From positions 2,016,001-2,080,000 of the forward strand of contig OY970342.1 in assembly GCA_963717505.1 (NCBI GenBank): DNA of 64,000 nucleotides. Reading direction: 5' to 3'. The position numbers and the translations under genes are program-made. Below are positions 11,589 to 23,617 of this stretch, one piece after another. Position 1 is the first letter of the stretch. Every line of letters begins with the position of its first letter. Source of the DNA: Candidatus Eiseniibacteriota bacterium (GTDB lineage Bacteria; Eisenbacteria; RBG-16-71-46). The notes beneath the pieces are model-generated. The model saw nothing but the letters and a program-made list of their open reading frames with translations. It made no database searches and had not been told where the DNA came from.

Positions 11589-11695
11589 CAATATTTACAT
11601 GCCCCGGGGCATGTAACGTTAGGGTCGACTAAGACAACTCGTTCCAGAACGAGTTGCATTAGGGCTGCCTAACACAACTGGCCCCGGGGCCAGTT
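11589..11695. repeat. 40-bp-period palindromic array, copy 1
   Basis: Palindrome centres at 11605/6, 11645/6, 11685/6; 11-6-11 sites TGTAACGTTAG-GGTCGA-CTAAGACAACT and AGTTGCATTAG-GGCTGC-CTAACACAACT. Confidence 0.85.
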
Positions 11696-12434
11696 ACCTG
11701 CACGGCTCGATCGAATACTCCTCGTGCCCGCGCTCGAGCTGGCAGCGGAAAGCGTAGGTCGCGGTTTCGAGTTTCCAGCGCCCGCGCGGATCTCGCCTGA
11801 GCCTCAAGCGATAGCGCTCGCCGCGGACCGAGTCGTCCATCAGCCCGTCGCGAGTGACGGTGACCTCCGCGTCGTCGAACCTCTCGGGCTGTGACTGGAC
11901 GTCCACGGTGAACCCGGAGCACTGGCAATCGGCGCCCACCAGGGTGAGCGCCACGAGCGTGGCCGAACGCGCCCACGCGGAGTCGCTGGCGGCGGACAGC
12001 CGGGCTCGGAACGCGGCGGTCGGCACGATGCGCTCCGTGTACGCCGGAACATTGGCCGGTTTGGAATCAGGCGGGAAGTACACGGGCATCGCGGCCCACA
12101 CCGGCTGCAGGCGGTCTTCGATGTACGGTGGCTTGAATTCCCATGCCGCGACCGCTTCACGCGCGGCCTCGTCGAGGCCGGGCACCGACTCGGCAACGCG
12201 AGTCTCGCGCACTCGACCGTGGGTCCCGATCAGCGCGAGAACCACCACGCGGCCCTTGATGCCACTTCGAACTGCGGCGTCAGGGTATTGCGGGGCCACC
12301 AGGTGGATGACTGCGGGCGGGTCCTGCACGAAAAGATAACCGTCCAGGCGGGTTGCGGTCGAGCTGGTGTCGGCGCTCCCTTGGGCCGTCACATGAAATC
12401 CGGCCAGGAACAATGCGCACAGCCAGAGCCTCAT
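11694..12434 (-). CDS. TonB C-terminal-domain protein with an extra C-terminal domain
   Basis: ATGA overlap with mce stop; PQYPDAAVRSGIKGRVVV..LDEAAREAVAAWEFKP. Confidence 0.75.
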   Translation of the reverse strand: MRLWLCALFLAGFHVTAQGSADTSSTATRLDGYLFVQDPPAVIHLVAPQYPDAAVRSGIKGRVVVLALIGTHGRVRETRVAESVPGLDEAAREAVAAWEFKPPYIEDRLQPVWAAMPVYFPPDSKPANVPAYTERIVPTAAFRARLSAASDSAWARSATLVALTLVGADCQCSGFTVDVQSQPERFDDAEVTVTRDGLMDDSVRGERYRLRLRRDPRGRWKLETATYAFRCQLERGHEEYSIEPCR

Positions 12435-12868
12435 GGCTTCCTCCTCTCGCACAGTTCGACCAGCACGCCGCCGAGGCTCTTTGGATGCAGGAACGCCACC
12501 CGTGTCCCGTGGGCGCCCGCACGAGACTCGGCGTCGATTGCCTGGACGCCGGCCGCCTGGACCGCGGCAAGTGTCTTCGCGATGTCACTGACTTCCAGGC
12601 TCACATGATGAAGTCCGGGCCCACGCTTCTCGAGGAACTTCGCGACCGTGTGGTCCGGCGAACGCGGCTCGAGCAGCTCGATCGTGACCGGGCCCAAATG
12701 CAGGAAGACGACGCGCAGTTCGCCGCCGTCCAAAATCTCTTCTTCGCCGCGCACCGCTCCGAGGGCGCCAACGAGCACGTTCACCAGCGCATCGGCATCG
12801 CGAACCGCGATCGCGATGTGCGCGAGGCCGGTCACCGGACCCGAGGCGCCCGCCGGCCGGGAACTCAT
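12431..12868 (-). CDS. mce: Methylmalonyl-CoA epimerase
   Basis: [42 protein letters not shown]. Confidence 0.92.
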   Translation of the reverse strand: MSSRPAGASGPVTGLAHIAIAVRDADALVNVLVGALGAVRGEEEILDGGELRVVFLHLGPVTIELLEPRSPDHTVAKFLEKRGPGLHHVSLEVSDIAKTLAAVQAAGVQAIDAESRAGAHGTRVAFLHPKSLGGVLVELCERRKP

Positions 12869-14487
12869 GAAGTCTCCGGCCGGTGGACGCCGAACACTCC
12901 GCGCATCGTGTCGCACACTTCGCCGAGGGTCGCGCGCGCCACCAGCGCGGCCAGGATCGGCGGCATCAGGTTGTCGTCGCCGCGGGCGGCGCGTTCGAGC
13001 CGCGTCAAGGCTGCACTCACGGCGGCTGCGTCGCGCTCCGAATGCCACTCGGCCAGGAACTTCGCTCGTTCCTCCTCGACTCCCGGCGCCGGCACGAACG
13101 GCGGCGGCGGCGCCGGCTGGTCGTCTGCAAACTTGTTGACGCCGACGACCGCACGTACGCCGGCTTCCATCTCGCGGTGCCAGCGATACGCGGCTTCATG
13201 AATCTGCTGCTGCACCCAGCCCGACTGAATCGCCGGGAGCATTCCACCCTGGCGATCGACCTGCTCGATCAACGCGCGCGCGCGCGACTCCAGCTCGTCG
13301 GTCAGGTGCTCGATCCAATACGAGCCGGCGAGCGGATCGGCCGCGTCGGTCACCCCGCTCTCGTGCGCGAGGATCTGTTGCGTGCGCAGCGCCAGGGTCG
13401 CGGCCTCGCGGCTCGGCAGCCCCAGCGCCTCGTCATAACCGTTCGTGTGCAACGACTGCGTGCCACCGAGTGCTGCCGCCAACGCCTGAATCGTCACACG
13501 TACAACATTGTTCAAGGGCTGTTGCGCGGTGAGTGTCGAGCCCGCGGTTTGAGTATGAAAGCGCAGCTTCAGGGCTTCCGGGTCGCGGACGCCAAACCGC
13601 TCGCCGAGCATTCCCGCCCACATCCGGCGTGCCGCGCGGAACTTGGCGACTTCTTCGAACAGATGATTGTGGCCATTGAAGAAGAAAGACATGCGCTTTG
13701 CGATGGGGACCAAGTCCAGCCCACGGTCCCGGGCAGCGCCCAAATACGCCAACCCGTTACCCAAGGTGAACGCGATCTCCTGAACCGCGGTGCAGCCGGC
13801 TTCGCGCATGTGATAGCCACTTACTGAAATCGTGTTCCAGGCTGGCACTTCTCGCCCGGCAAATTCGAACACGTCAGTGATCATGCGCAGCGACGCCTTC
13901 GGTGGATAAATGTACGTCCCGCGCGCCGCATATTCTTTGAGAACGTCGTTCTGGATCGTACCGCCGAGCTTGGCCCGAGCGATCCCGCGCGCGTCGGCGA
14001 CGGCGACATAAAAAGCCAATAACAACGGCGCGGTCGCATTGATGGTCATCGAGGTCGTGACCCGATCGAGCGGCAGCCGGTCGAGCAGCGTTTCCATGTC
14101 GGCCAGGCACGAGATCGCGACCCCGGCCTTGCCGACCTCGCCGCGCGCACGCGGATGATCCGAGTCGTAGCCCATCTGGGTCGGCAGATCGAACGCCACC
14201 GAAAGCCCGGTCTGGCCCTGGGCGAGCAGGTAGTGGAATCGCTCGTTGGTCTCGCGCGCGGTGTTGAAGCCGGCGTACTGGCGCATGGTCCAGAGGCGCG
14301 AGCGATACATCGTGGGGTGGATCCCGCGCGTGTAGGGCGGCGTGCCCGGCGCCGGTACCCGGCGCGCGAGGTCGCGCGGCAGGTCGCCCACGTCGTACAC
14401 GGGCTTCACGTCGATCCATGAAGGCGTCTTTCGCGGGGGAACGTCGGCTGCTGCGGCCTTCTTGCGGCGCACGGTGGCCACGATCAC
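12865..14487 (-). CDS. mutA: Methylmalonyl-CoA mutase, substrate-binding (large) subunit
   Basis: [51 protein letters not shown]; no B12-binding domain. Confidence 0.93.
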   Translation of the reverse strand: MIVATVRRKKAAAADVPPRKTPSWIDVKPVYDVGDLPRDLARRVPAPGTPPYTRGIHPTMYRSRLWTMRQYAGFNTARETNERFHYLLAQGQTGLSVAFDLPTQMGYDSDHPRARGEVGKAGVAISCLADMETLLDRLPLDRVTTSMTINATAPLLLAFYVAVADARGIARAKLGGTIQNDVLKEYAARGTYIYPPKASLRMITDVFEFAGREVPAWNTISVSGYHMREAGCTAVQEIAFTLGNGLAYLGAARDRGLDLVPIAKRMSFFFNGHNHLFEEVAKFRAARRMWAGMLGERFGVRDPEALKLRFHTQTAGSTLTAQQPLNNVVRVTIQALAAALGGTQSLHTNGYDEALGLPSREAATLALRTQQILAHESGVTDAADPLAGSYWIEHLTDELESRARALIEQVDRQGGMLPAIQSGWVQQQIHEAAYRWHREMEAGVRAVVGVNKFADDQPAPPPPFVPAPGVEEERAKFLAEWHSERDAAAVSAALTRLERAARGDDNLMPPILAALVARATLGEVCDTMRGVFGVHRPETS

Positions 14488-14989
14488 GCTCCCTTGAGCC
14501 GCACCAGTGGCTGTCCCGCGGCGACCGGCGCGCGTTCGGCCACCAACACCTCGGAAACCACGCCTGCGTGACGTGCCGCCAGCTCGTTCTGCATTTTCAT
14601 GGCTTCGACCACGACTACGGCCTGGCCGGCCGCCACCGCATCGCCCGGCTTCACCCGAATCGCAACCACGACGCCCGGCATCGGCGCCGACACGGTCTCG
14701 CCGCCCGACGAGACGCCGGCGCGCGCCACCGACTGCACCAGCTTCTCGAGCGGATGGCGAACCTCGACCGGCACGGTAGCACCCGCGATCGTGACCTCGA
14801 GCCCGACCGGTGCCGTGGCGACCCGCACTTCGTGCGATCGGCCGTCGACCAGGAGCGAATAGACCTCGCCGTCGGGCAATCGGTGGAAGTCGGCCTCGAT
14901 CCGGCGCCCCTCGACCTCGAGCCACACGTGTTCGCCCGTAGAGCGGAACTCGACCTCGGCATCGCGACCTTCGAGCGTCACCCAGAACT

Positions 14990-14993
<4 letters not shown>
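14484..14993 (-). CDS. Biotin carboxyl carrier protein
   Basis: [13 protein letters not shown] biotinylation motif; ATGA overlap with upstream gene. Confidence 0.92.
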
Positions 14994-16522
<1,529 letters not shown>

Positions 16523-16523
16523 G

Positions 16524-16904
16524 TCAGTCCTCGATCACGACGCAGGCGATCGCGAGCCCGGCGTCGTGGGTCAGCGACAGGTGGGAGGCGCGCGCCCCGA
16601 GCGCCTGGAATCGCTCGAGCGCCGGTCCATGCCATTCGAGCCGCGGCTGGTGCCCGCCCGGCTGGATGACCTCGAACTGCTTGAAGCCAATGCCCCCGCT
16701 CATGCCGGTGCCGATCGCCTTGGACGCTGCCTCTTTCGCGGCGAAGCGGGCTGCCAAGTGGGGAAGGGGATCCTTGTGCCGGCGGCAGTATTCCAGCTCG
16801 GCTTCGGTAAACAGCCTGCGCTCCATGCGCTCCCCGAAGCGTTCGAGAGCGGCGACCACGCGCTGGACCTGGACCACGTCGATGCCAATGCCGCGAACGG
16901 CCAC
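16524..16904 (-). CDS. acpS: Holo-ACP synthase
   Basis: GIGIDVV, ARFAAKEAASKAIG, LSLTHD; GGAGG before GTG 16904. Confidence 0.93.
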   Translation of the reverse strand: MAVRGIGIDVVQVQRVVAALERFGERMERRLFTEAELEYCRRHKDPLPHLAARFAAKEAASKAIGTGMSGGIGFKQFEVIQPGGHQPRLEWHGPALERFQALGARASHLSLTHDAGLAIACVVIED

Positions 16905-16947
16905 GCCGCCTCCGGGAACGCCGGGGAGGGCCCGGCGCAAGTGGCCC

Positions 16948-16977
16948 AATCTAGGGAGGCGTCGCGCCCCGGGTCAA
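16948..16977 (-). promoter_or_regulatory. Sigma70-like promoter for the acpS-accC-mutA-mce operon
   Basis: TTGACC-N18-TAGATT on the minus strand. Confidence 0.55.
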
Positions 16978-17025
16978 GACCCGCGCATGGCGCCGGGTGC
17001 GCCGAATGAGCTAGTCTCGTCCGTC

Positions 17026-17736
17026 ATGATCGCACGCAAGGCAGCCAGCATGCTGGTCCTGCTGGCGCTCACTGCGGCCGCGGCGGGATGCTCCAGTTCC
17101 TCGGACGACCCGGTCGAGCCCGAAGTCCCAATCCCGCCGACGCCCAACACCCCCTCGAATGCCATCAAACTGCTCGAGTGGTGCTGGGACGAGCGGGACG
17201 CGGCGCTCTACGGCGACGTGTTCACCGATGACTTCGCCTACCATTTTGCGGTCTCGGACTCGCAGGCGATCGGTACGCTGATCCAGCGGGACGATGAGCT
17301 GCAATTTGCCAACAACCTTTTCGTGAGCGGCGTTCCGGCGCCACCGGCTCCCGCGGGCGCCCTGGGGCCGCTCGCGCTCCCGGCGGCGTCGCGTGTGGTC
17401 TTCGCGGTCAACCCCAATCTCCCGGTGGTCGGCGACTCGCGCCCGGGCAAGAACCCGACCTGGCACAAGGAGATCGCGACCCTGGTCACCCTCAGCGTCA
17501 CGACTTCGGCCGGTACCTACTCGATCCTGTCCGATATGCGCTTCTTCGTGACCCGCGGGGACTCGGCGCAGATCCCCCAGGAGCTGATCGACCGCGGATT
17601 CCAGCCCGACCCGAATCGCTGGTACGTCGACACCTGGGTGGACGAGACCGCCTGCCCGGTCGACAAACGCTGTCAGACCGTGGGGCGCCTGAAGTTGGAC
17701 TATCTCGGCGCGCCGCCCGGACCGTTTCGGCCTTGA
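17026..17736 (+). CDS. Lipoprotein, possibly NTF2/SnoaL-like
   Basis: Lipobox AAGC; WDERDAALYGDVFTDDFAY and WYVDTWVD patterns. Confidence 0.7.
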   Translation: MIARKAASMLVLLALTAAAAGCSSSSDDPVEPEVPIPPTPNTPSNAIKLLEWCWDERDAALYGDVFTDDFAYHFAVSDSQAIGTLIQRDDELQFANNLFVSGVPAPPAPAGALGPLALPAASRVVFAVNPNLPVVGDSRPGKNPTWHKEIATLVTLSVTTSAGTYSILSDMRFFVTRGDSAQIPQELIDRGFQPDPNRWYVDTWVDETACPVDKRCQTVGRLKLDYLGAPPGPFRP

Positions 17737-17757
17737 ACCGCGGGCTTCCGCCCGCCC

Positions 17758-18980
<1,223 letters not shown>

Positions 18981-19031
18981 AACGCCCGGCCGCGCCGGGC
19001 GCTCGAGTCACACTAAAAGGAGAATGCACTG

Positions 19032-19346
19032 ATGGATGCGTTCGCACAGGGCGGAGCCGCAGCACCGGCCAATTCCGGAATCGCCATGGTGGTCCAGTTC
19101 CTGCCGATCATCGCGATCATGGTCATCATGTACTTCCTGATCATCCGTCCGCAGCAGCAGAAGCAAAAGCAGGCGGACGCGATGCTCAAGGCCCTGAAGA
19201 AGGGGGACAGGGTGCTGACCAGCGGCGGCATTCTCGCCACCGTCGTCGGCATCGACGACGCGCACGCGGTGCTCAAGATCGCCGACGACACCAAGGTAGA
19301 GTTCATGAAGTCGGCGATCGTCCAGGTGCTGCCGGAGTCGAAGTGA
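19032..19346 (+). CDS. yajC: Preprotein translocase subunit YajC
   Basis: YFLIIRPQQQ, LKKGDRVLTSGGI; follows tgt. Confidence 0.93.
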   Translation: MDAFAQGGAAAPANSGIAMVVQFLPIIAIMVIMYFLIIRPQQQKQKQADAMLKALKKGDRVLTSGGILATVVGIDDAHAVLKIADDTKVEFMKSAIVQVLPESK

Positions 19347-19401
19347 TGTCAATTGATGTCAGACCGGCCGCATGCGCCGGGATCTCGGAGGCGTGCGGCT
19401 G

Positions 19402-19953
19402 ATGGCGTTGCGCCCGGTACGTATTTACGGCGATCCGGTGCTGCGCGAGAAGTCGCAGCCGGTGACGTCGTTCGACGACGAGTTGCGTCGCCTGGTCGCC
19501 GATTTGTACGAGACGATGAGGGCCTACGACGGCGCGGGACTCGCCGCACCCCAGGTCGGCGTGCCGCTGCGCCTGTTCGTGGTCGACGTACCGGTGGAGG
19601 ACGGCACCCGTACTCGGATGGCGATCGCGAACCCGGTGCTCTCGGAGCGCTCGGGCGACGACACCGCGGAAGAGGGGTGCCTGTCGATGCCCGGGGTCTA
19701 TGAAGACGTGACGCGCTCGGCGTCGGTCACGGTGCGCGGGGTCGACGAGCACGGGAAGCCGGTCGAGGTCATAGCCGAGGGCTTTCTCGCGCGTGCGCTC
19801 CAGCACGAGTCCGATCATCTGGACGGCGTGCTGTTCGTCGATCGCCTGTCACCGCTCAAGCGCCAGTTTCTCAAGCGCCAACTCGCGGCCCTCGCGCGCG
19901 GCGAGGTGCCCGAGGGTTACCACCCGGTGGCGGGAGGGGCGGAGCCGATTTGA
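19402..19953 (+). CDS. def: Peptide deformylase
   Basis: GLAAPQVG, EGCLS, HESDHLDG. Confidence 0.95.
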   Translation: MALRPVRIYGDPVLREKSQPVTSFDDELRRLVADLYETMRAYDGAGLAAPQVGVPLRLFVVDVPVEDGTRTRMAIANPVLSERSGDDTAEEGCLSMPGVYEDVTRSASVTVRGVDEHGKPVEVIAEGFLARALQHESDHLDGVLFVDRLSPLKRQFLKRQLAALARGEVPEGYHPVAGGAEPI

Positions 19954-20939
19954 GCCGAGACGGCGGCGGGGAGAGACCCCGAGTGGTGTTCATGGGCACA
20001 CCGTCGTTCGCCGTGCCGTCGTTGCGCGAGGTGGCCCGGCGCTGCGAGGTGCTGGCGGTGGTGACCCGGCCGGACCGGCCGAAGGGCCGGGGCCGGCGGG
20101 TGGAATCGTCGGAAGTGGCGGTGGTGGCCGAGGAATTGAGGCTGGAATTGCTCAAAACAGAAACCATGAAATCCGAGACCCTGAGTGCCGAAATCAAAGA
20201 GCGAGCCCCGGACCTGTTCGCGGTGGTTGCGTTCGGGGCGATATTGCCGCCCGAGTGGTTGCGTGTCCCGCGCCTCGGAGCGATCAACCTCCACGGCTCG
20301 CTGCTCCCTGACTATCGGGGCGCCTCCCCGGTGCAGCGGGCGCTGATGGACGGACGCTCGGCGACCGGCGTGACCACGATCTGGATGGACGAAGGGATCG
20401 ATACCGGCGACCGGATCCTGCAGCGCTGGGAGCCGATCGCCGCCGACGACACCGCGGCGACGCTCGGCGATCGACTCGCGAAAGTCGGCGCACCGTTGTT
20501 GGCCGAAAGCCTGGTGCGCGCAGCACGGGGCACCGCGCCGCGAATTCCGCAGCCGGCGGGCGCCGGCAGCTACGCGCCGCGCCTGCGCAAGCAGGACGGA
20601 TGGGTGGACTGGACGTCGCCGGCCGACTCGGTGTGGAACCGCCAGCGGGGAGTGACGCCATGGCCCGGAGCCACGACGTCGTTCGCGGGCCGCGGAGTTC
20701 AGATCACCAAGAGCTGGCCCAACGACGTGATGTCGAATGATGCCGAGCCGGGGACCGTGCTCGAGGTGAGCACCGACGGCGTGCGCGTCGCGTGCGGACA
20801 GGGTTCTTTGACGCTGGTCGCGATCAAGCCCGAGGGCAGGGGCGAACTCAAGGCAGTGGAATGGGCGCGTGGCGCGCGAATCGCGCCCGGAATGCGCTTC
20901 GAGGCCGTGACACGAGGACCGCAAGAGGAGGAAGTTTGA
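19950..20939 (+). CDS. fmt: Methionyl-tRNA formyltransferase
   Basis: VFMGTPSFA, NLHGSLLPDYRGASP, DTGD. Confidence 0.95.
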   Translation: MSRDGGGERPRVVFMGTPSFAVPSLREVARRCEVLAVVTRPDRPKGRGRRVESSEVAVVAEELRLELLKTETMKSETLSAEIKERAPDLFAVVAFGAILPPEWLRVPRLGAINLHGSLLPDYRGASPVQRALMDGRSATGVTTIWMDEGIDTGDRILQRWEPIAADDTAATLGDRLAKVGAPLLAESLVRAARGTAPRIPQPAGAGSYAPRLRKQDGWVDWTSPADSVWNRQRGVTPWPGATTSFAGRGVQITKSWPNDVMSNDAEPGTVLEVSTDGVRVACGQGSLTLVAIKPEGRGELKAVEWARGARIAPGMRFEAVTRGPQEEEV

Positions 20940-22720
20940 GCGAGGAACGTTCGTTCGAGGGGGGAACCCCGGGCGGCGCGCCGCAGCGCCGTCGTGGCCG
21001 ATTCCAGCGCCGCCGCCGTGAAGGCCCGCCGCCGGAACGCCGCCGTGATGGCCCACCGCCGGAATACCGCCGCGAAGGCCCGCCTCCCGATCGAGGCCAG
21101 GCGGGGGCGGTGAATCGATCGCGGCCGCTCTACCCCGAAGCGGGCAACGGTGCCGCGCGGCGTGGACCTTCGTACGGTCCGCGCGGCAACGGCGCCGGCC
21201 GCCAGGGTGGCATGCGCGGCCCGAGTGCCGGCCGACAGGGTGGACCCCGCGGCCCCGCAAATCGGTCGGGTGGCATGCGCGGTCCGGGGCGCGGCAACGG
21301 CCGATACGACCGTGGACCCCGCGATGCCGATCGTCGCCCCGGCAACGGCGGAGTGCGCGAATCACGCCCGTTCTTCGCCGACGAGGATGAAGCGCTGCCC
21401 GACAACCCGCGCGAAGCAGCACTCCAGATCCTGCACGCGGTCGAAACCCGCGGCGCCTTCGGTGACCGATTGCTGGACGGCGCCCACGCGCGCGCCGGCT
21501 GGGACGATCGCGATCAGGCGTTGCTGCACGAGCTGGTGAAGGGCGGACTGCGCTGGCGCGGGCGTCTGGACTACGTGCTCGACCCGTTCGTGCACGTCGG
21601 GCTCGACAAGCTGCAGCCGTGGATCCGCAATGTGCTACGACTCGGCGCGTACCAAATCCTGTTCCTGGATCGCGTGCCCGAGCACGCGGCGGTCGACGAG
21701 TCGGTCAAGCTCGCGCACAAGTACGGCCACCCGGGACTCGCCGGACTGGTGAACAGCGTGCTGCGCCGCCTGATCGACGAGAAGGCGCAGATCGTGATCC
21801 CCGAGGGCGACGATGTCGCTTCGCTCTCGGCATGGGGATCGCACCCCGAGTGGATCGTCGAGCGCTGGCTCGAACGCTTCGGTGTCGAGGCGACACGCGC
21901 GCTGCTCCAGGCCGACAATCGTCCGGTGCCGGTGGGCTTGCGGGTCAACGCCGTGCGGGGAACACGCGAGCAGCTGATCGAGCGACTCAAGAATGAAGGC
22001 GTCGAGGCGCGGCCCGCGACCATGTCGCCCGACCTGGTCTGGGTCGAGACGCACCAGTCACCGGGCCGCCTCAAGGCGTTCCGCGAGGGTTGGTGTACGG
22101 CGCAAGACGAGAGCGAATCGCTGGTGGCCAGGCTGGTCGGACCCCGGCAGCACGAGCGGTTGCTCGACCTGTGCGCGGCTCCCGGCGGCAAGTGCACGCA
22201 CCTGGCCGAGCTGATGGGAGACGAGGGCGAGGTGTGGGCGATGGAGCGCGACGCCGCGCGCGTGACCTCGCTCGAGCAGACCATCACGCGGCTCGGCATC
22301 CACAGCATTCACGTGGTCCACGGTGACGGGCGCAATTACGCGTTCCCGATGCCGTTCGACCGCGTGCTGGTCGACGCGCCGTGCTCGGGTCTGGGCGTGC
22401 TCGGCCGACGCGCGGACGCGCGCTGGCGCAAGGGTCCCGAGATCCTGCGCGAGATGCCGCCGATTCAGCTCGATCTCCTGAATGCCGCGGCGAAGCGGCT
22501 GCGCCCGGGTGGCGTGCTGGTCTACAGCGTGTGCTCGTTCGAGCCCGAGGAAACGGCGATCGTGGTCGAGCGCTTCCTGCGCGCGAACCCGTCGTTCGTC
22601 ATTGAAGCGGCAGAAGGATTGCTGCCGGACGAAGTGGTCACGGAGGATGGGTTCATGCTCGTGCTGCCGCACGTGCACGGCTGCGACGGCGCGTTCGCGG
22701 CTCGGCTGCGCAAGGCCTGA
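20936..22720 (+). CDS. rsmB: 16S rRNA m5C967 methyltransferase with Arg/Gly/Pro-rich N-terminal extension
   Basis: NusB-like domain (LRLGAYQ, VNSVLR), DLCAAPGGK, DAPCSGLG, YSVCS; TTG start overlapping fmt stop. Confidence 0.93.
   Translation: MSEERSFEGGTPGGAPQRRRGRFQRRRREGPPPERRRDGPPPEYRREGPPPDRGQAGAVNRSRPLYPEAGNGAARRGPSYGPRGNGAGRQGGMRGPSAGRQGGPRGPANRSGGMRGPGRGNGRYDRGPRDADRRPGNGGVRESRPFFADEDEALPDNPREAALQILHAVETRGAFGDRLLDGAHARAGWDDRDQALLHELVKGGLRWRGRLDYVLDPFVHVGLDKLQPWIRNVLRLGAYQILFLDRVPEHAAVDESVKLAHKYGHPGLAGLVNSVLRRLIDEKAQIVIPEGDDVASLSAWGSHPEWIVERWLERFGVEATRALLQADNRPVPVGLRVNAVRGTREQLIERLKNEGVEARPATMSPDLVWVETHQSPGRLKAFREGWCTAQDESESLVARLVGPRQHERLLDLCAAPGGKCTHLAELMGDEGEVWAMERDAARVTSLEQTITRLGIHSIHVVHGDGRNYAFPMPFDRVLVDAPCSGLGVLGRRADARWRKGPEILREMPPIQLDLLNAAAKRLRPGGVLVYSVCSFEPEETAIVVERFLRANPSFVIEAAEGLLPDEVVTEDGFMLVLPHVHGCDGAFAARLRKA
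21011..21091 (+). repeat. 3 x 27-bp coding tandem repeat (RRREGPPPE)
   Basis: CGCCGCCGTGAAGGCCCGCCGCCGGAA and two diverged copies. Confidence 0.8.
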
Positions 22721-22726
22721 CGAGCG

Positions 22727-23617
22727 ATGAATCCAACCGGACCGGCCCCCGGTCCCGATCCCCTGGATACGTTCGATCCTGCCGTGGGCGCCACGTCCGC
22801 GGGGCCGCGCGGCATCGACATCGTCGGCGAAGACGCCGAGCGCCGCGGCGAGTCGTCGACCCCCGGGCGGATCGATCGTCCGCCGCCGCCGCGCCGGCCG
22901 CTGATCGCAACCCTCGCTCTGTTTGGCATGGGGCTCGTGGCGTTCGTCATCGGGCTCCTGGTGTTCAACCACGTGGTGATGCCGCGGCTGATCCACAGCA
23001 CCGGTACCACCCAGGTGCCCGACGTGACCAACATGACCTACGAACAGGCCGAGGTCGCGCTCAAGCCGCTGGGCATGCCGCTGTCGCGCGCCGGCGAACG
23101 CTTCGACCCCAACGTGCCGCGCGGCTTCGTGCTGTCGCAGGATCCGCTGCCCAACACACCGGTGCGGGGCAAGAAGCGCGTGATGGTGGTGGTCAGCCTG
23201 GGCGAGGAGTTCAGCTCGGTGCCCGGCCTGTTCGGCGAGTCGGTGCGCAGTGCGCGCTACCTGCTCCAGCGCTCGGGCTTGAGAGTGAGCGGCATCACGC
23301 GCGCGCCGTCGCAGGAAGTCGGCGTCGGGTTGGTGGCCGGTACCGATCCACCCGCCGAGATCGTGCTGCCGCGCTTCGGCACCGTGTCGCTCTTGATCTC
23401 GACCGGTGGCGGCGACGAAGCCTGGGTCATGCCCGACCTGCTCGGGCGCGAGATCACGAACGCCCGGCGCCAGCTCGAGTCGTTCGGCTTTCGCGTGGTG
23501 ACGCCGCCGGCAGCGCCCACCGTCGGGCCGATCGTCTACCAAGACCCGCCCCCGGGGTCGCGCATCACGCTCGATACGGAGATCAGCCTTCAGGGCATGG
23601 GCCGGGTGATCCGGTGA
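22727..23617 (+). CDS. PASTA-domain membrane protein
   Basis: One TM helix then three VPDV/VPGL/MPDL..QDP repeats. Confidence 0.88.
   Translation: MNPTGPAPGPDPLDTFDPAVGATSAGPRGIDIVGEDAERRGESSTPGRIDRPPPPRRPLIATLALFGMGLVAFVIGLLVFNHVVMPRLIHSTGTTQVPDVTNMTYEQAEVALKPLGMPLSRAGERFDPNVPRGFVLSQDPLPNTPVRGKKRVMVVVSLGEEFSSVPGLFGESVRSARYLLQRSGLRVSGITRAPSQEVGVGLVAGTDPPAEIVLPRFGTVSLLISTGGGDEAWVMPDLLGREITNARRQLESFGFRVVTPPAAPTVGPIVYQDPPPGSRITLDTEISLQGMGRVIR

Noticed and set aside
11589-11695. CRISPR array or canonical integron attC interpretation of the 40-bp arrays
   Set aside because: Only 2-3 units, variable parts are 12-bp palindromes, no cas or intI in the window, and units are shorter than typical attC sites.
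19024-19032. Mini ORF ATG-CAC-TGA overlapping the yajC start
   Set aside because: The SD is too close to this ATG and well spaced for ATG 19032; probably incidental.
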